The notes: a model not told the origin generated them from the sequence alone. A stretch of 35,285 nt of DNA from Candidatus Eiseniibacteriota bacterium (GCA_031431875.1 JANPEF010000113.1:1-35285), one strand, 5' to 3'; counted from the first letter of the stretch, positions 25,405 through 34,493 are shown. Translations and numbers: made by a program.

Positions 25405-27549
25405 TCAGTCGGTGCGGATGAACTTTCGAACGGCGACGGCCGTGCCGCTCCGCGCACGGGCAAAGTAGACGCCGGGCGGCACGATCTTCCCCGCCGCGTC
25501 GCGCCCGTCCCAGACGAGAGTGTGCATTCCGGACTCGCGGCCGTCCACGTCGAAGCGGCGAACCAGGCGGCCCGCCACGTCGTGCAGCGACACTTCGAGC
25601 GCGGCGCCCGCGGCCGGGGCAGTGAGGGCCAGGCGCGCGGATGGACCGTCACCGCGCGACGGGTTCGGCGCGATCGCCGTCCACTGCAGGCGCTCCTCGA
25701 CGCCTGCGGTCGGGACGGGATCCGCCGCGACCAGTTCGTCCCGCGCCAGGAGCAGGAAGGCCGCGTCGCCGGAGGCGATGGCCGCGGCCGAGTCGAAGCT
25801 GCCGTCGTTGATCAGTGGATCGCGGATTCCAGCGATCCGCCGATACTTCTTCTCGAGGGCGACCTCGAGTGGTTGGGAGCCGACGTTGACGAGGATCGCG
25901 CCGTTCTCGAAGTCGCGCCGGTAGACGAACGGCGCGCCGCGCTGAAAGTGCACGTCGTCGAGCCACACGCTCCCCGTCGCACCGCCGGCCCGCAGTTCCA
26001 GCCGGGCGAAGCCGAAGGTGCCATCGAGCAGGACCTGGTGCTGCGTCCAGGTGGTCTTCAGCGACTCGACAGCCGCTGCCATGGTCTGGCCGTTGCTCAC
26101 GTTGACGGCCGCGACTTCGATGGTGCGCGGAGCTGACGCCTTGGCCCAGAACGTCGCCGCATACTTGTCGGAGATCCAGAAGACGTCGCCGATCGTGCGG
26201 TAGCGCACGGCGGTGACGCCGCCCGTCGCGTTGGGCACCGCGATCTTCGCCGAGGCGAGGCCGTGTTTCGCGGTGAGCACGTCAAGCGATACGGTCGCGC
26301 CGTTGGTCTGCAGGAACGTCCAGCCGGTCGTGACGGACGACTCGAAGCTGGAGTTCTGGTCGCACGCGTCCTCGACGCCGACCTGGGCCCACACCATGCG
26401 CGAGTACGGTCCCAGCGCGCGCCCCAGCCAGCCGGTGTGCGCGATCGACGTGCTTGCGGCGCCGCTGATCCGATCGACCGCGTACTCGTCGAACCACCAG
26501 CTCATGTAGCCCGTGGTCGGATCGAGGTCGGGCGGATTGATCGTGCCGTAGCCCTCGCCGAGCGCGGCCGAAGCGAGCGTCATTCGCGCCCGCCGCAGGT
26601 TCTCGCGATCGCCCGCCGGCACGCCGGGGGCAGGCCAGGCTGTCATCCAACCGGCGTAGGGCGTGCGGAACTTCGCCTGGTCGGTGAGATATCCGCCGTT
26701 TGCGGCGAGCAGGTTCGAGTCCCAGCTGCCGCCGCCCTGCTGCGGAAAGTTCTCTCGCATCCAGCCATTGAAAGCGGCGTACTTCGTTCCCTGCGCGCAG
26801 TTGCCGATCAGGATCGGCACCGAGCCGGCGCGGCGGCGCAGGCGGTTCGCCAGCGTGTCGGTCCCTGCCGTCCACGCCGCGTCGAACGCGGCCGCGCTCG
26901 GATAGCCCGCCCGCACGAAGTCCACGCTGTCGGCCGGCTCCTGGTCCCACAGGATCGAGTTGCAGAAACGATCGAGGAAGAGTCCGTCCCAGCCACCGGG
27001 TCCGTAGACGCGATCGACGAAGAAGTCGGCCATCGCCTCGGCCACGATGAAGCGGCCCTGCGCATTGCGCTTCGCCAGGTTGATGTTCGCGTTGCGGAAC
27101 TCCTGCCCCTGCCGGTCGTAGAGGAAACCGTTCAGGTTCCGCACCAGGATGCGGATGCGCGTCGGCAGGTTGACGTTCGAGTCGGCCTGCGCGGCGGGCC
27201 AGATGTACTGCGCCTGGACGTAGCCGATCAGCTTGATGTCGGGCCGGCGCGTGCGCAGCGCGGCGAGCGCGTCGGGCCGGTACTCGGTGAACGGCGACAC
27301 GTCGAGCACGACCGTGTGTCGTCGGGCGATTGCATCGAGCAGCACCGGATCCAGCGATCCGTCGGCCCGCACGATGGGCGCGCCCGTCCCGGCAACGTGG
27401 CCGTACAGTCCCAGGCGCGGAAAGTCGGGATCCGCCGCCTGTGCCGGGGGAACCGCGGCGAGGACGAGGGGGAGAACCAGGGCGAAGATCGCGGCCAAGG
27501 CCGAGGACGGCCCGGTGCGCGGCGGGAGAGAAAGTCGCACGGTTTCCAT
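25405..27549 (-). CDS. secreted putative glycoside hydrolase (GHL15-like TIM barrel) + CBM4/9-like domain + FlgD-Ig C-terminal domain
   Basis: Signal peptide; WDGLFLD, NGWMRENFP, WWFDEY, GWLG, VYRRDFENGAILVN; NSSFE...YAATFWAKA...VWLDDV CBM-like insert; PNP...HDVAGRLVR...WDGRD.AG..V.PGVYF tail. Confidence 0.7.
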   Translation of the reverse strand: METVRLSLPPRTGPSSALAAIFALVLPLVLAAVPPAQAADPDFPRLGLYGHVAGTGAPIVRADGSLDPVLLDAIARRHTVVLDVSPFTEYRPDALAALRTRRPDIKLIGYVQAQYIWPAAQADSNVNLPTRIRILVRNLNGFLYDRQGQEFRNANINLAKRNAQGRFIVAEAMADFFVDRVYGPGGWDGLFLDRFCNSILWDQEPADSVDFVRAGYPSAAAFDAAWTAGTDTLANRLRRRAGSVPILIGNCAQGTKYAAFNGWMRENFPQQGGGSWDSNLLAANGGYLTDQAKFRTPYAGWMTAWPAPGVPAGDRENLRRARMTLASAALGEGYGTINPPDLDPTTGYMSWWFDEYAVDRISGAASTSIAHTGWLGRALGPYSRMVWAQVGVEDACDQNSSFESSVTTGWTFLQTNGATVSLDVLTAKHGLASAKIAVPNATGGVTAVRYRTIGDVFWISDKYAATFWAKASAPRTIEVAAVNVSNGQTMAAAVESLKTTWTQHQVLLDGTFGFARLELRAGGATGSVWLDDVHFQRGAPFVYRRDFENGAILVNVGSQPLEVALEKKYRRIAGIRDPLINDGSFDSAAAIASGDAAFLLLARDELVAADPVPTAGVEERLQWTAIAPNPSRGDGPSARLALTAPAAGAALEVSLHDVAGRLVRRFDVDGRESGMHTLVWDGRDAAGKIVPPGVYFARARSGTAVAVRKFIRTD

Positions 27550-27647
27550 TCCGATGGATGGGCGGGTTCAATCGGGGGGCCGACCCGCGGAGGATGTCGG
27601 AATGCGGGCCCGGGGTCAACTCCGCTGCGGGCCGCGCGGGGCTGGAC

Positions 27648-27929
27648 CTAGCCCCCGCTGACCGCCTGAATGATGGAGATTTCACAGAAATCGTCCAGTT
27701 TCGTCTCGAGCCCGCCGGTCCAGCGGATGCTGGTCTCGCCGACGAACAGGTTGACGTGCCGACGGACTCCACCCGACTCGGTCAGGACGCGGTCGACCAC
27801 GCCGGGATGTTCGACCCGCAGGGTCTCGAGAGCGGCCCCGACGGTCGGCGGATGGGCCGGAATTTCGATCTCTGCCCGCCCCCCGGCGAACGGGCGGAGG
27901 TACGCGGGCAACAGGACGCGGACGGCCAC
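27648..27929 (-). CDS. MoaD/ThiS ubiquitin-like protein
   Basis: V.LPAYLR.FAGG, TVGAALE.L...HPG, RRHVNLFV, C-terminal AVSGG. Confidence 0.9.
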   Translation of the reverse strand: MAVRVLLPAYLRPFAGGRAEIEIPAHPPTVGAALETLRVEHPGVVDRVLTESGGVRRHVNLFVGETSIRWTGGLETKLDDFCEISIIQAVSGG

Positions 27930-27933
27930 CGGG

Positions 27934-29193
27934 TCAGCGACGACGCCGGGTCGCGGCCTTCTTGCGGGTCGCGGCCTTCTTGCGCGGTGCGGCCATCTTG
28001 CGGATCGCGACCTTCTTGCGCGACGCAGGCTTCTTCCGGGCCGCCGGCTTCGGCACGCGCACCTTCTTCGGGTCGCCGATGACCGCGGCCTTCACGCACA
28101 CGATCGGTGGCAATCCATCCGCGAGGAGGCGCCACGAGGCGCCACCGTCGGAGGATGCGAAAAGCTTGCCGCTGCGCGTCCCGAAATACACGCCCGCGGG
28201 ATCGAGCGCGTCGGCTGCCATCCCGTCGCGCAGTACGGTCTCGTAGGCCTGCTTCTGCGGCAGCCCGTTGGTCAGCGGCTCCCACGAACCACCGCCATCG
28301 CGCGTGCGGTAGACGCGCAGCTTCCCCTCGGGGGTTGCGCGGAAGCCGTCGGACTCGAGCGGCACGATGTACACCACGTCGGGATCGTGCGGGTGAATCA
28401 CCATCGCGAAGCCGAAGTCCGACGGCACGCTGCCGGCGATGTCGTGCCACGAATCGCCGCCGTCGTCACTGCGGTACAGCCCCCAGTGGTTCTGCAGGAA
28501 CATCGTGTGCGGCCGCCTGGGGTGCTGCACGATCTTGTGCACGCACTGGCCGAACTCGGGATGCTTCTCGGGCAGGAAGTCGGCGCGCACTCCGCGGTTG
28601 CACGCGTTCCACGTGTGGCCGCCGTCCTCGGTGCGATAGACGCCGCCGGTCGAGATGGCCACCACCATGCGGTGCCGATCGACCGGATCGGGCAGGATCG
28701 TGTGCAGGCAGAGCCCGCCCCCGCCCGGTTCCCAGCGCGGCCGATGCGGGTGATCGTGCAGCCCGCGCACCAGCTCCCACGTTTCGCCCGCATCGCGCGA
28801 CTCGAACAGGGACGCGGGCTCGACCCCGCACCACAGGACATTCGGCTGTTCGTTCGGGCCGACCCGGATCTGCCAGATGTTGGTCAGGGACAGCCCCGCC
28901 TCGGGCGGGAACTTCACGTTTGCCTGCGCCGGCGTGGTCCAGGTCTTCCCGAAGTCGTCGCTCGAACGCAGGTCGCCGCCCCAGTGCATGCTGGTCGCGC
29001 TGGCCCACAGGCGGCGGCGGCCGGCGCGGCCGTCGTAGGCCATGGCGTAGACCGCGTGGCCGGGGAAGTACGGGCCGGCCACGTCCCAGGTCTTGCGCGC
29101 GCCATTGGAGCGGAACAGGAACGCGCCCTTCATCGTACCCACGAGGACGAGCACGTCCCCGTCCTTCACCGTGACGTGTCGGGTGGCGGGCAT
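27934..29193 (-). CDS. BNR/Asp-box beta-propeller (sialidase-like) protein with a basic C-terminal tail
   Basis: LVGTMKG; repeated S/T-x-D-G-G-x-x-W boxes; GGGGLCLH; PEFGQCVHK; LQNHWG; VPSDFGF; no signal peptide; GGAGG RBS. Confidence 0.88.
   Translation of the reverse strand: MPATRHVTVKDGDVLVLVGTMKGAFLFRSNGARKTWDVAGPYFPGHAVYAMAYDGRAGRRRLWASATSMHWGGDLRSSDDFGKTWTTPAQANVKFPPEAGLSLTNIWQIRVGPNEQPNVLWCGVEPASLFESRDAGETWELVRGLHDHPHRPRWEPGGGGLCLHTILPDPVDRHRMVVAISTGGVYRTEDGGHTWNACNRGVRADFLPEKHPEFGQCVHKIVQHPRRPHTMFLQNHWGLYRSDDGGDSWHDIAGSVPSDFGFAMVIHPHDPDVVYIVPLESDGFRATPEGKLRVYRTRDGGGSWEPLTNGLPQKQAYETVLRDGMAADALDPAGVYFGTRSGKLFASSDGGASWRLLADGLPPIVCVKAAVIGDPKKVRVPKPAARKKPASRKKVAIRKMAAPRKKAATRKKAATRRRR
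27948..28037 (-). repeat. five 18-bp tandem repeats encoding RKKAAT-like hexapeptides
   Basis: gggtcgcggccttcttgc twice exactly, then gcggtgcggccatcttgc, ggatcgcgaccttcttgc, gcgacgcaggcttcttcc. Confidence 0.85.
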
Positions 29194-29281
29194 GGAGGAG
29201 TCCTCCGGGCGGGGCGAAAGCGAATGCGGCAGGATCCGTGGGGGTCGGGCGCGGCGAGCCTAGCACCGCGCCGCGGGGCCG

Positions 29282-29821
29282 TCACCCCGGAGGTCGAACG
29301 GGATACCGGGGCATGTCCCCGCCGATGCACTCGCGCAACTGTGCCGAGCCCACGACACCGCCGACGAGGCCGCCGAGCGGGGCCGCCGGAATCGACAGCC
29401 CGAGGCCGAGGACGAGGGAGACTGCGGGTGTGAACGGATCCTCCGCCGTGCTGGTGCCGGTCCACAGGCCCACCGGTTGCGCACCGAAGAAGACGAAGCC
29501 CGTCGTGGCGAGCGCGGCCACGATGGCACCCGCGAACGCGCCGGGGAAGAACCCGAGACGCCCCGCGGGAAGCAGCAGGTAGCGCCAGATTCCCCACGCA
29601 AGCAGTCCGGTCACGAGCGAAGCGGACATCGAAACCATGAAGGCGAACGCGAGGAGCCGCCCGAAGTCGAAGGCGGGCCGGGCGCCGGGGCTGGCCGACT
29701 GCTCGATCGAGTGGAGGAACTCCACCGGCGCCAGGCACGGGATCGCCGACGCGAGGAACGCCGTGATGGCCAGTGCAAGGGCGGCTTGCAGGGAAAATCG
29801 TTCGGTGCGATCGGGGTCCAC
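29282..29821 (-). CDS. hypothetical membrane protein (about 4 TM)
   Basis: GAGGAGG RBS before GTG; several hydrophobic helices; no family recognised. Confidence 0.6.
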   Translation of the reverse strand: MDPDRTERFSLQAALALAITAFLASAIPCLAPVEFLHSIEQSASPGARPAFDFGRLLAFAFMVSMSASLVTGLLAWGIWRYLLLPAGRLGFFPGAFAGAIVAALATTGFVFFGAQPVGLWTGTSTAEDPFTPAVSLVLGLGLSIPAAPLGGLVGGVVGSAQLRECIGGDMPRYPVRPPG

Positions 29822-29952
29822 GGCTCCTCCTCAGGGAGCGGAATACACGATCCGGAATCCCGTTGTGCAAATCGTCGCGGCCGCTCGAACTGCCCGCAGC
29901 GCGTGCGATTCGCAATGCGTGCGGTCCTCGCCGCCCGCAAACTCCCTGGGAC

Positions 29953-29966
29953 TTGACCGGGGTCAA
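29953..29966. promoter_or_regulatory. Crp/Fnr-like palindrome TTGAC-CGGG-GTCAA
   Basis: Perfect 5-4-5 palindrome matching the geometry of FNR TTGAT-N4-ATCAA, located in a divergent intergenic region. Confidence 0.45.
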
Positions 29967-30068
29967 CCGGAATGGCCTGTGGCAGGGTTCGTGCTCGTCT
30001 CCTGCTCGAGTCGGCTGATCGGAAAGATTCCGCTCGGAGATCGCCGAACCCGAATCTCAGGAGGAACG

Positions 30069-30500
30069 ATGTCCCCGCGCAAAGCTTCGATACTCTCGAC
30101 CCTTGCCCTCACCCTCGTCGCCACGGCCGCGCTCACCGGATGCGGGGGCGGCGACAGCGCGGGCGGTAACGTCCTCGCGCCGCAGTTCCAGCCAGAGATC
30201 GTCAACAGCATCGACGACTTCCAGTTCCAGGCGACCGGCGTCACGGGCGTGACCCAGACCCTCAACTACAGTTGGCGGAATACGGGCCAGCAGGCGAACG
30301 TCAATCAGTCGTGCAGCCTCACGGGAGGAACCGCCACCCTCGTGCTCAACGACTCGACAGGTGCCCAAGTCTACTCCCGGAACCTCAACGACAATGGGAC
30401 GTTTCAGACGGTTGTCGGCTCTCCGAGCGCCTGGTCGATGCAGATCATCCTGACCAACGTCACGGGAACACTCAACTTCCGGTGCCAGAAGAAGACCTGA
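30069..30500 (+). CDS. small beta-rich lipoprotein
   Basis: AGGAGG RBS; lipobox ALTG-C; Thr/Asn/Gln-rich beta-type mature domain. Confidence 0.8.
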   Translation: MSPRKASILSTLALTLVATAALTGCGGGDSAGGNVLAPQFQPEIVNSIDDFQFQATGVTGVTQTLNYSWRNTGQQANVNQSCSLTGGTATLVLNDSTGAQVYSRNLNDNGTFQTVVGSPSAWSMQIILTNVTGTLNFRCQKKT

Positions 30501-30617
30501 GCAACCCGGTTGACTGTAGCTCCCGATCGTCGCATCGGGTAGACTGTACGACCTCCGTCCGTGGACGTCCCGCGAACCTCTCGCGGGGGCACGGATCGAC
30601 CCCTGGAAGGATCCCCC

Positions 30618-31511
30618 ATGCGAATGCTTTCTCGCCGCCTGATTGCCGCGACGTTGTTCACGTGCGGGCTTTTCATCTCGCCCGCCGCTCATGCCGTGAA
30701 CCTCGTGCCCAACCCGAGCTTCGAGTCGTACTTCAATTGTCCGACCAGCTTCAGCCAGTTCTTCGAGTGCGTGAGTTGGACGATGCCCAACACCGGCACC
30801 TCCGACCTGTTCAACGTCTGCTCGCCGACGGGCTTCCCGTCGGTCAACGTGCCGACGAACACCACGGGCGTGCAGGCGCCGCAAAATGGCGTCGGCTACG
30901 CGGGGATCATCCCGTACAGCTCGGCACCGGACTACCGCGAGTACCTGCAGGCGCAGCTCACCTCGCCGCTGGTGAACGGCAACACGTACACCGTGTCGTT
31001 CTGGGTCTCGCTCGCCGACACGTCGCTGTACGCGATCGACCGGATCGGCGCCTACTTCTCGGTCGGGCAGGTCGGGCCGCTCGGCAACTACGCGCCGCTC
31101 GCGTTCACGCCACAGATCGAGAGCCCGGTCAACGTGGCGCTGAACAACTCGACGGGCTGGACGCAGATCTCGGGCACGTTCGTCGCCGCCGGTGGCGAGA
31201 GCCACATCATCATCGGGAGCTTCCGCGACGACGGGATCACCAACGTGTCCCCGGGGCCGAGCGTGTGGCCCGGCTATTCCTACTACTACGTCGACGCGGC
31301 CAGCGTGGAAGTGGTGAACAACAACGTCGACCAGGCCTGCTGCCTGCCCAACGGACAGTGCGCACTGCTGACGCCGGCGGAGTGCCAGCTGCTGGGCGGG
31401 ACGCCGGCGGGCGTCGGCACGACGTGCGGGACGGGACCGGATGATCCGTGCGGCGTGACGCCGGCGGAGCGCGCCTCGTGGGGTCATGTGAAGTCGACGT
31501 ACCACCGATAG
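30618..31511 (+). CDS. secreted protein: CBM-like domain, Cys-rich module and C-terminal WGxxK motif
   Basis: Signal peptide ending AHA; NLVPNPSFE..CP...YREY.Q..L..PL..G..Y.VSFWVSLAD...W..ISG.F.A.GGE..I.IG.F...YYYVD; ACCLPNGQC...EC..LGG...TC; TPAERASWGHVKSTYHR-stop. Confidence 0.8.
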   Translation: MRMLSRRLIAATLFTCGLFISPAAHAVNLVPNPSFESYFNCPTSFSQFFECVSWTMPNTGTSDLFNVCSPTGFPSVNVPTNTTGVQAPQNGVGYAGIIPYSSAPDYREYLQAQLTSPLVNGNTYTVSFWVSLADTSLYAIDRIGAYFSVGQVGPLGNYAPLAFTPQIESPVNVALNNSTGWTQISGTFVAAGGESHIIIGSFRDDGITNVSPGPSVWPGYSYYYVDAASVEVVNNNVDQACCLPNGQCALLTPAECQLLGGTPAGVGTTCGTGPDDPCGVTPAERASWGHVKSTYHR

Positions 31512-31529
31512 GCAAAGACCCGCACGACT

Positions 31530-32324
31530 TCACTCCGCCTCGAACATGATGCCGTCGGCAACCGCATCGAGCCGATCGAGCAGGGCCCGTGGATCGTTTT
31601 CCCAGATTCGCGGGCCTTGCCGCAACATGATGGAACGGGCACGTCCGCCATCCGACTCTTCGCGAACCCGCTCGATGATCTGGATCACGGGAGCGCGGTC
31701 AGCCGGATCGATTTGCCTGGCGATCTCTGTCCCGAGGATGAAGCAACCTGCGGTGTCCATGGTGTGCCCGCGATCGATGACTGCGAGCTCGAACCGGCGA
31801 GGATCGTCGTCCGGCGGATACCATTGGAGGATGTGGGCGAGATCTGCAAGATCTCTCTCCCGCTCCTGCGGCCGATCCATGTAGGCGGTGGCCTTCAGTG
31901 AGACCAGAACGGGAACGGGCGCGACACCGATCCGGAAACCCGGCTCGAGCTCGATGTCGATTGCACGTTCGAATGCATGACGGAGATTTCGGACGTTCAT
32001 CTCCAAACCCGACCGGGGCCAGTGGATCAGACCTGCGGCGAGATCTGTCGCACCGACGGGGATCACGTCGATCCGCACCTCATCCCCGACTCGCCACGCG
32101 GCTTCGTGCGCTGTGACGGCGGTCCAATCGAGAAGCGTTGGGTGGATTTCCTCCCACTCTACTCTGGTGATCCGAATCGAGACATCGATGTCGAAGCTCT
32201 GCCGCCAGCGCATCGGCACCCAGTGCGCGAGGGCCCGGGCGCCGATGAGAACGATGCGAATTCCAGGGCGGGACTCGGCAAGGTCGCGCAGTGCCCGGAT
32301 CTCGGCTGCTGAGAACTCGCTCAT
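31530..32324 (-). CDS. AbiEii-like nucleotidyltransferase (type IV TA toxin)
   Basis: VLIGARAL...RQSFDIDV (G-A...DxD NTase motif); IDVIP; LKATAYMDR...ERDLADL; ATGA overlap with the upstream gene. Confidence 0.8.
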   Translation of the reverse strand: MSEFSAAEIRALRDLAESRPGIRIVLIGARALAHWVPMRWRQSFDIDVSIRITRVEWEEIHPTLLDWTAVTAHEAAWRVGDEVRIDVIPVGATDLAAGLIHWPRSGLEMNVRNLRHAFERAIDIELEPGFRIGVAPVPVLVSLKATAYMDRPQERERDLADLAHILQWYPPDDDPRRFELAVIDRGHTMDTAGCFILGTEIARQIDPADRAPVIQIIERVREESDGGRARSIMLRQGPRIWENDPRALLDRLDAVADGIMFEAE

Positions 32325-33379
32325 GCTCTCGTGGTCAGGAATCGCTGACGAAGATCGAGCGCGGCCTGCAGTGCGCGTTCGTCGTCGGCATTCGCGAGTT
32401 CCGCATAGGCGAGAAGCGGATGGATTGTGTCGGGCCTTGCGCTCACGAAGGCAAGTGGGCCGGGGACGCCCACCACGGCGAGATTGCCTTTCGCCGCGGG
32501 CAGCGCGCGGAGTTTACGCCCCAGTCCATGAATGGGCGGATCCACGTGAAGCACCGTGAATTCTCCCCTGTAGTGGCGCGTCATCCTGAACGCGGCCGCG
32601 CCCCCACCCCACGCCCAGCGAGTACCCGGTGCGTCTTGTTCGCCAAGAATGCTGGTGATTCTGGATTCCAGTTCCTCGACCTGCCACTGGGTCTGGTAGA
32701 TCCCCTGAAGCAGGCGCGGCCGCAAGACATCATGATATCCGGTGACCCATCGGTCGATGAGTGCTGGTTGGTCCTCCACTTGCAACCCATTCTTGCTTCT
32801 CCGGAGTTCACCCTCCTCGATCATTCGTTCGAGTGTATATGCGAATGTCGTCTTGCCGACTCCAGCCAGGACCGCGGCCTCGCGAACGGGAAGGTTTGCA
32901 AGTCCCGGTCGCGCCAGGATCGCGAACAGCGCGCGGTATCCCGGTGCGCCAAGTCCGCGCCCCTGGGCTGGCACGTGCTGCGGACGCTTTCCCATGACAT
33001 GGAAGAGCAGACCTGGCTCGAGTTCGAGGCGGACGTTTCCCGCCTGGTCGACGAAGTTCCATCCGGATTCAGCAAGTGCCGCGCCCATGGGAGGCGTGAC
33101 GTGCGGAGTGAAGAGTGCCCGCAACGGGGCCTCTGGAGTCGGGCCACGACGCCCAAGGTGCTCCACGATCATTCGACTAAGTCTCGGGACTCGCTTGAGC
33201 CTGACCTCGATCGAATAGTCTCGCCCGCCGAACCGCAGACGCACAATGAAGTCGCCGCCGCCCGCTCCGGGTGTTTTGAACGTCCCGAGTTGAACGCGCT
33301 CCACCTGCGGGAGGTCTCTGAGCACGCTCAGGTACGGCGCGGCCTCGACGGTGACGGCTTCAGGTCGATTGGGGCTCAT
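32321..33379 (-). CDS. AbiEi-family (AbiEi_2-like) type IV TA antitoxin / transcriptional regulator
   Basis: NFVDQAGNVRL..GL; central HTH (PVREAAVLAGVGKTT..YTL..M...G); LIDRWV.GY...LRP; WAWGGGAAA; HPLLAYAEL...DERA..AA; ATG 33379 preferred over TTG 33415. Confidence 0.8.
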   Translation of the reverse strand: MSPNRPEAVTVEAAPYLSVLRDLPQVERVQLGTFKTPGAGGGDFIVRLRFGGRDYSIEVRLKRVPRLSRMIVEHLGRRGPTPEAPLRALFTPHVTPPMGAALAESGWNFVDQAGNVRLELEPGLLFHVMGKRPQHVPAQGRGLGAPGYRALFAILARPGLANLPVREAAVLAGVGKTTFAYTLERMIEEGELRRSKNGLQVEDQPALIDRWVTGYHDVLRPRLLQGIYQTQWQVEELESRITSILGEQDAPGTRWAWGGGAAAFRMTRHYRGEFTVLHVDPPIHGLGRKLRALPAAKGNLAVVGVPGPLAFVSARPDTIHPLLAYAELANADDERALQAALDLRQRFLTTRA

Positions 33380-33386
33380 GTCCGCT

Positions 33387-33415
33387 ATTATCGGCTGTCC
33401 AGATAATCTGGACAA
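33387..33415 (-). promoter_or_regulatory. sigma70-type leaderless promoter with an overlapping 19-bp operator palindrome
   Basis: Minus strand reads TTGTCC-17 nt-GATAAT-7 nt-ATG; perfect inverted repeat TGTCCAGAT-A-ATCTGGACA at 33396-33414; extra half-site AATTTGGACA at 33422-33431. Confidence 0.75.
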
Positions 33416-33518
33416 GCGAGTAATTTGGACACACAGAAGTTCATGAACTCTCTAACTGATTACAATAAAATGGTTTATGGATCCAATAGGAAATGGGAAC
33501 GAAACCGGACTGTCCCCG

Positions 33519-34493
33519 CTACTCCACCGTCGTCCAGCCACCCTTCGCGCCCCGGATGACGATCAGGCGCGGGGGAAACGCCTTCATCAGGGCGGCCCCC
33601 GCACAGATCTGCACCTCCTCGTCCGTGATCTTCGCCAGCACCGACATGTCGGCGGGGCGATAGAGCGGCATGTTGCCCTTCGCCCGCAGCACGATCTCGG
33701 CATGGCCGCTGGGCACGATCTCGAACTCCTCGGGCGACGCGGCGGCGATGCGCAGGCCCGCGGCGTGCACCTGGTCGATGCACTTGAGACGCTGTACCTC
33801 GGCCACGTCGATCATCGTCGCTCCCGGCGCCCCGGCGGCGGGGGCGAGCAGCGCGTACAGCCTCGCGAAGTCGGGGGTAAACGCGGCGATGCGCTCGTCG
33901 ACGAGCGCACGCAGCGCCGTGCGATCGGCGGCCGTGAGCGTGGTCTCGGGCGCCGCGTGATGCCACGGCCGGTCCGCGGCAAACGGGGCAGCGAAGGCGT
34001 GCTCCATCACCAGGCGACCCGTCGCCTCGCGGGTCTCGACTCCTTCGCCCGCCTGGTTGGTCGTCGTCGTGGTGGCCGCGCCGTCCTCGCTCGTCGTCGC
34101 CTCGTCCATGACGGACACCCACCGCAACTGCGCCTTGTAGGCCGCCTTCGGATCGGCGGGCATGAACTCGATCCGCAGCGTGTTCGTGCCCTGCCGGAGG
34201 ATGGATCCAAGCGACTCGACCGGCAGCCACACCGCCGGCGCGATCTCGCGTGCCTCGAACAACACCGGCACTGCCCCAGCCCCGACCTCCTGGCGGTTCA
34301 GCGGGATCCCATTGACGAAGACGTCGGCCATGCCGGCGACCGTGGTCACCTCGTCCTGCGAGGCGGGATCGCCGACGAACGGCGTGAACTTGAATTCGAC
34401 GTTGAGCACGCGCGCCGCCGCCTGGGCGGGCGCCGCGGTGGCGGGCGCGAGCAGGACGACGGCGACCAACAGGGCACGGGTCTTCGATCGCAT
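33519..34493 (-). CDS. secreted hypothetical protein
   Basis: GGAG RBS; signal peptide MRSKTRALLVAVVLLAPATAAPAQA; globular mature part; no family recognised. Confidence 0.75.
   Translation of the reverse strand: MRSKTRALLVAVVLLAPATAAPAQAAARVLNVEFKFTPFVGDPASQDEVTTVAGMADVFVNGIPLNRQEVGAGAVPVLFEAREIAPAVWLPVESLGSILRQGTNTLRIEFMPADPKAAYKAQLRWVSVMDEATTSEDGAATTTTTNQAGEGVETREATGRLVMEHAFAAPFAADRPWHHAAPETTLTAADRTALRALVDERIAAFTPDFARLYALLAPAAGAPGATMIDVAEVQRLKCIDQVHAAGLRIAAASPEEFEIVPSGHAEIVLRAKGNMPLYRPADMSVLAKITDEEVQICAGAALMKAFPPRLIVIRGAKGGWTTVE

Noticed and set aside
27948..28037. Tandem repeats as a CRISPR array
   Set aside because: No spacers; in-frame 18-bp coding repeats; no cas genes
33450..33490. 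AT-rich tract as a dif/Xer site or oriT
   Set aside because: No convincing match to the XerD arm (TTATGTTAAAT) or 11-6-11 geometry
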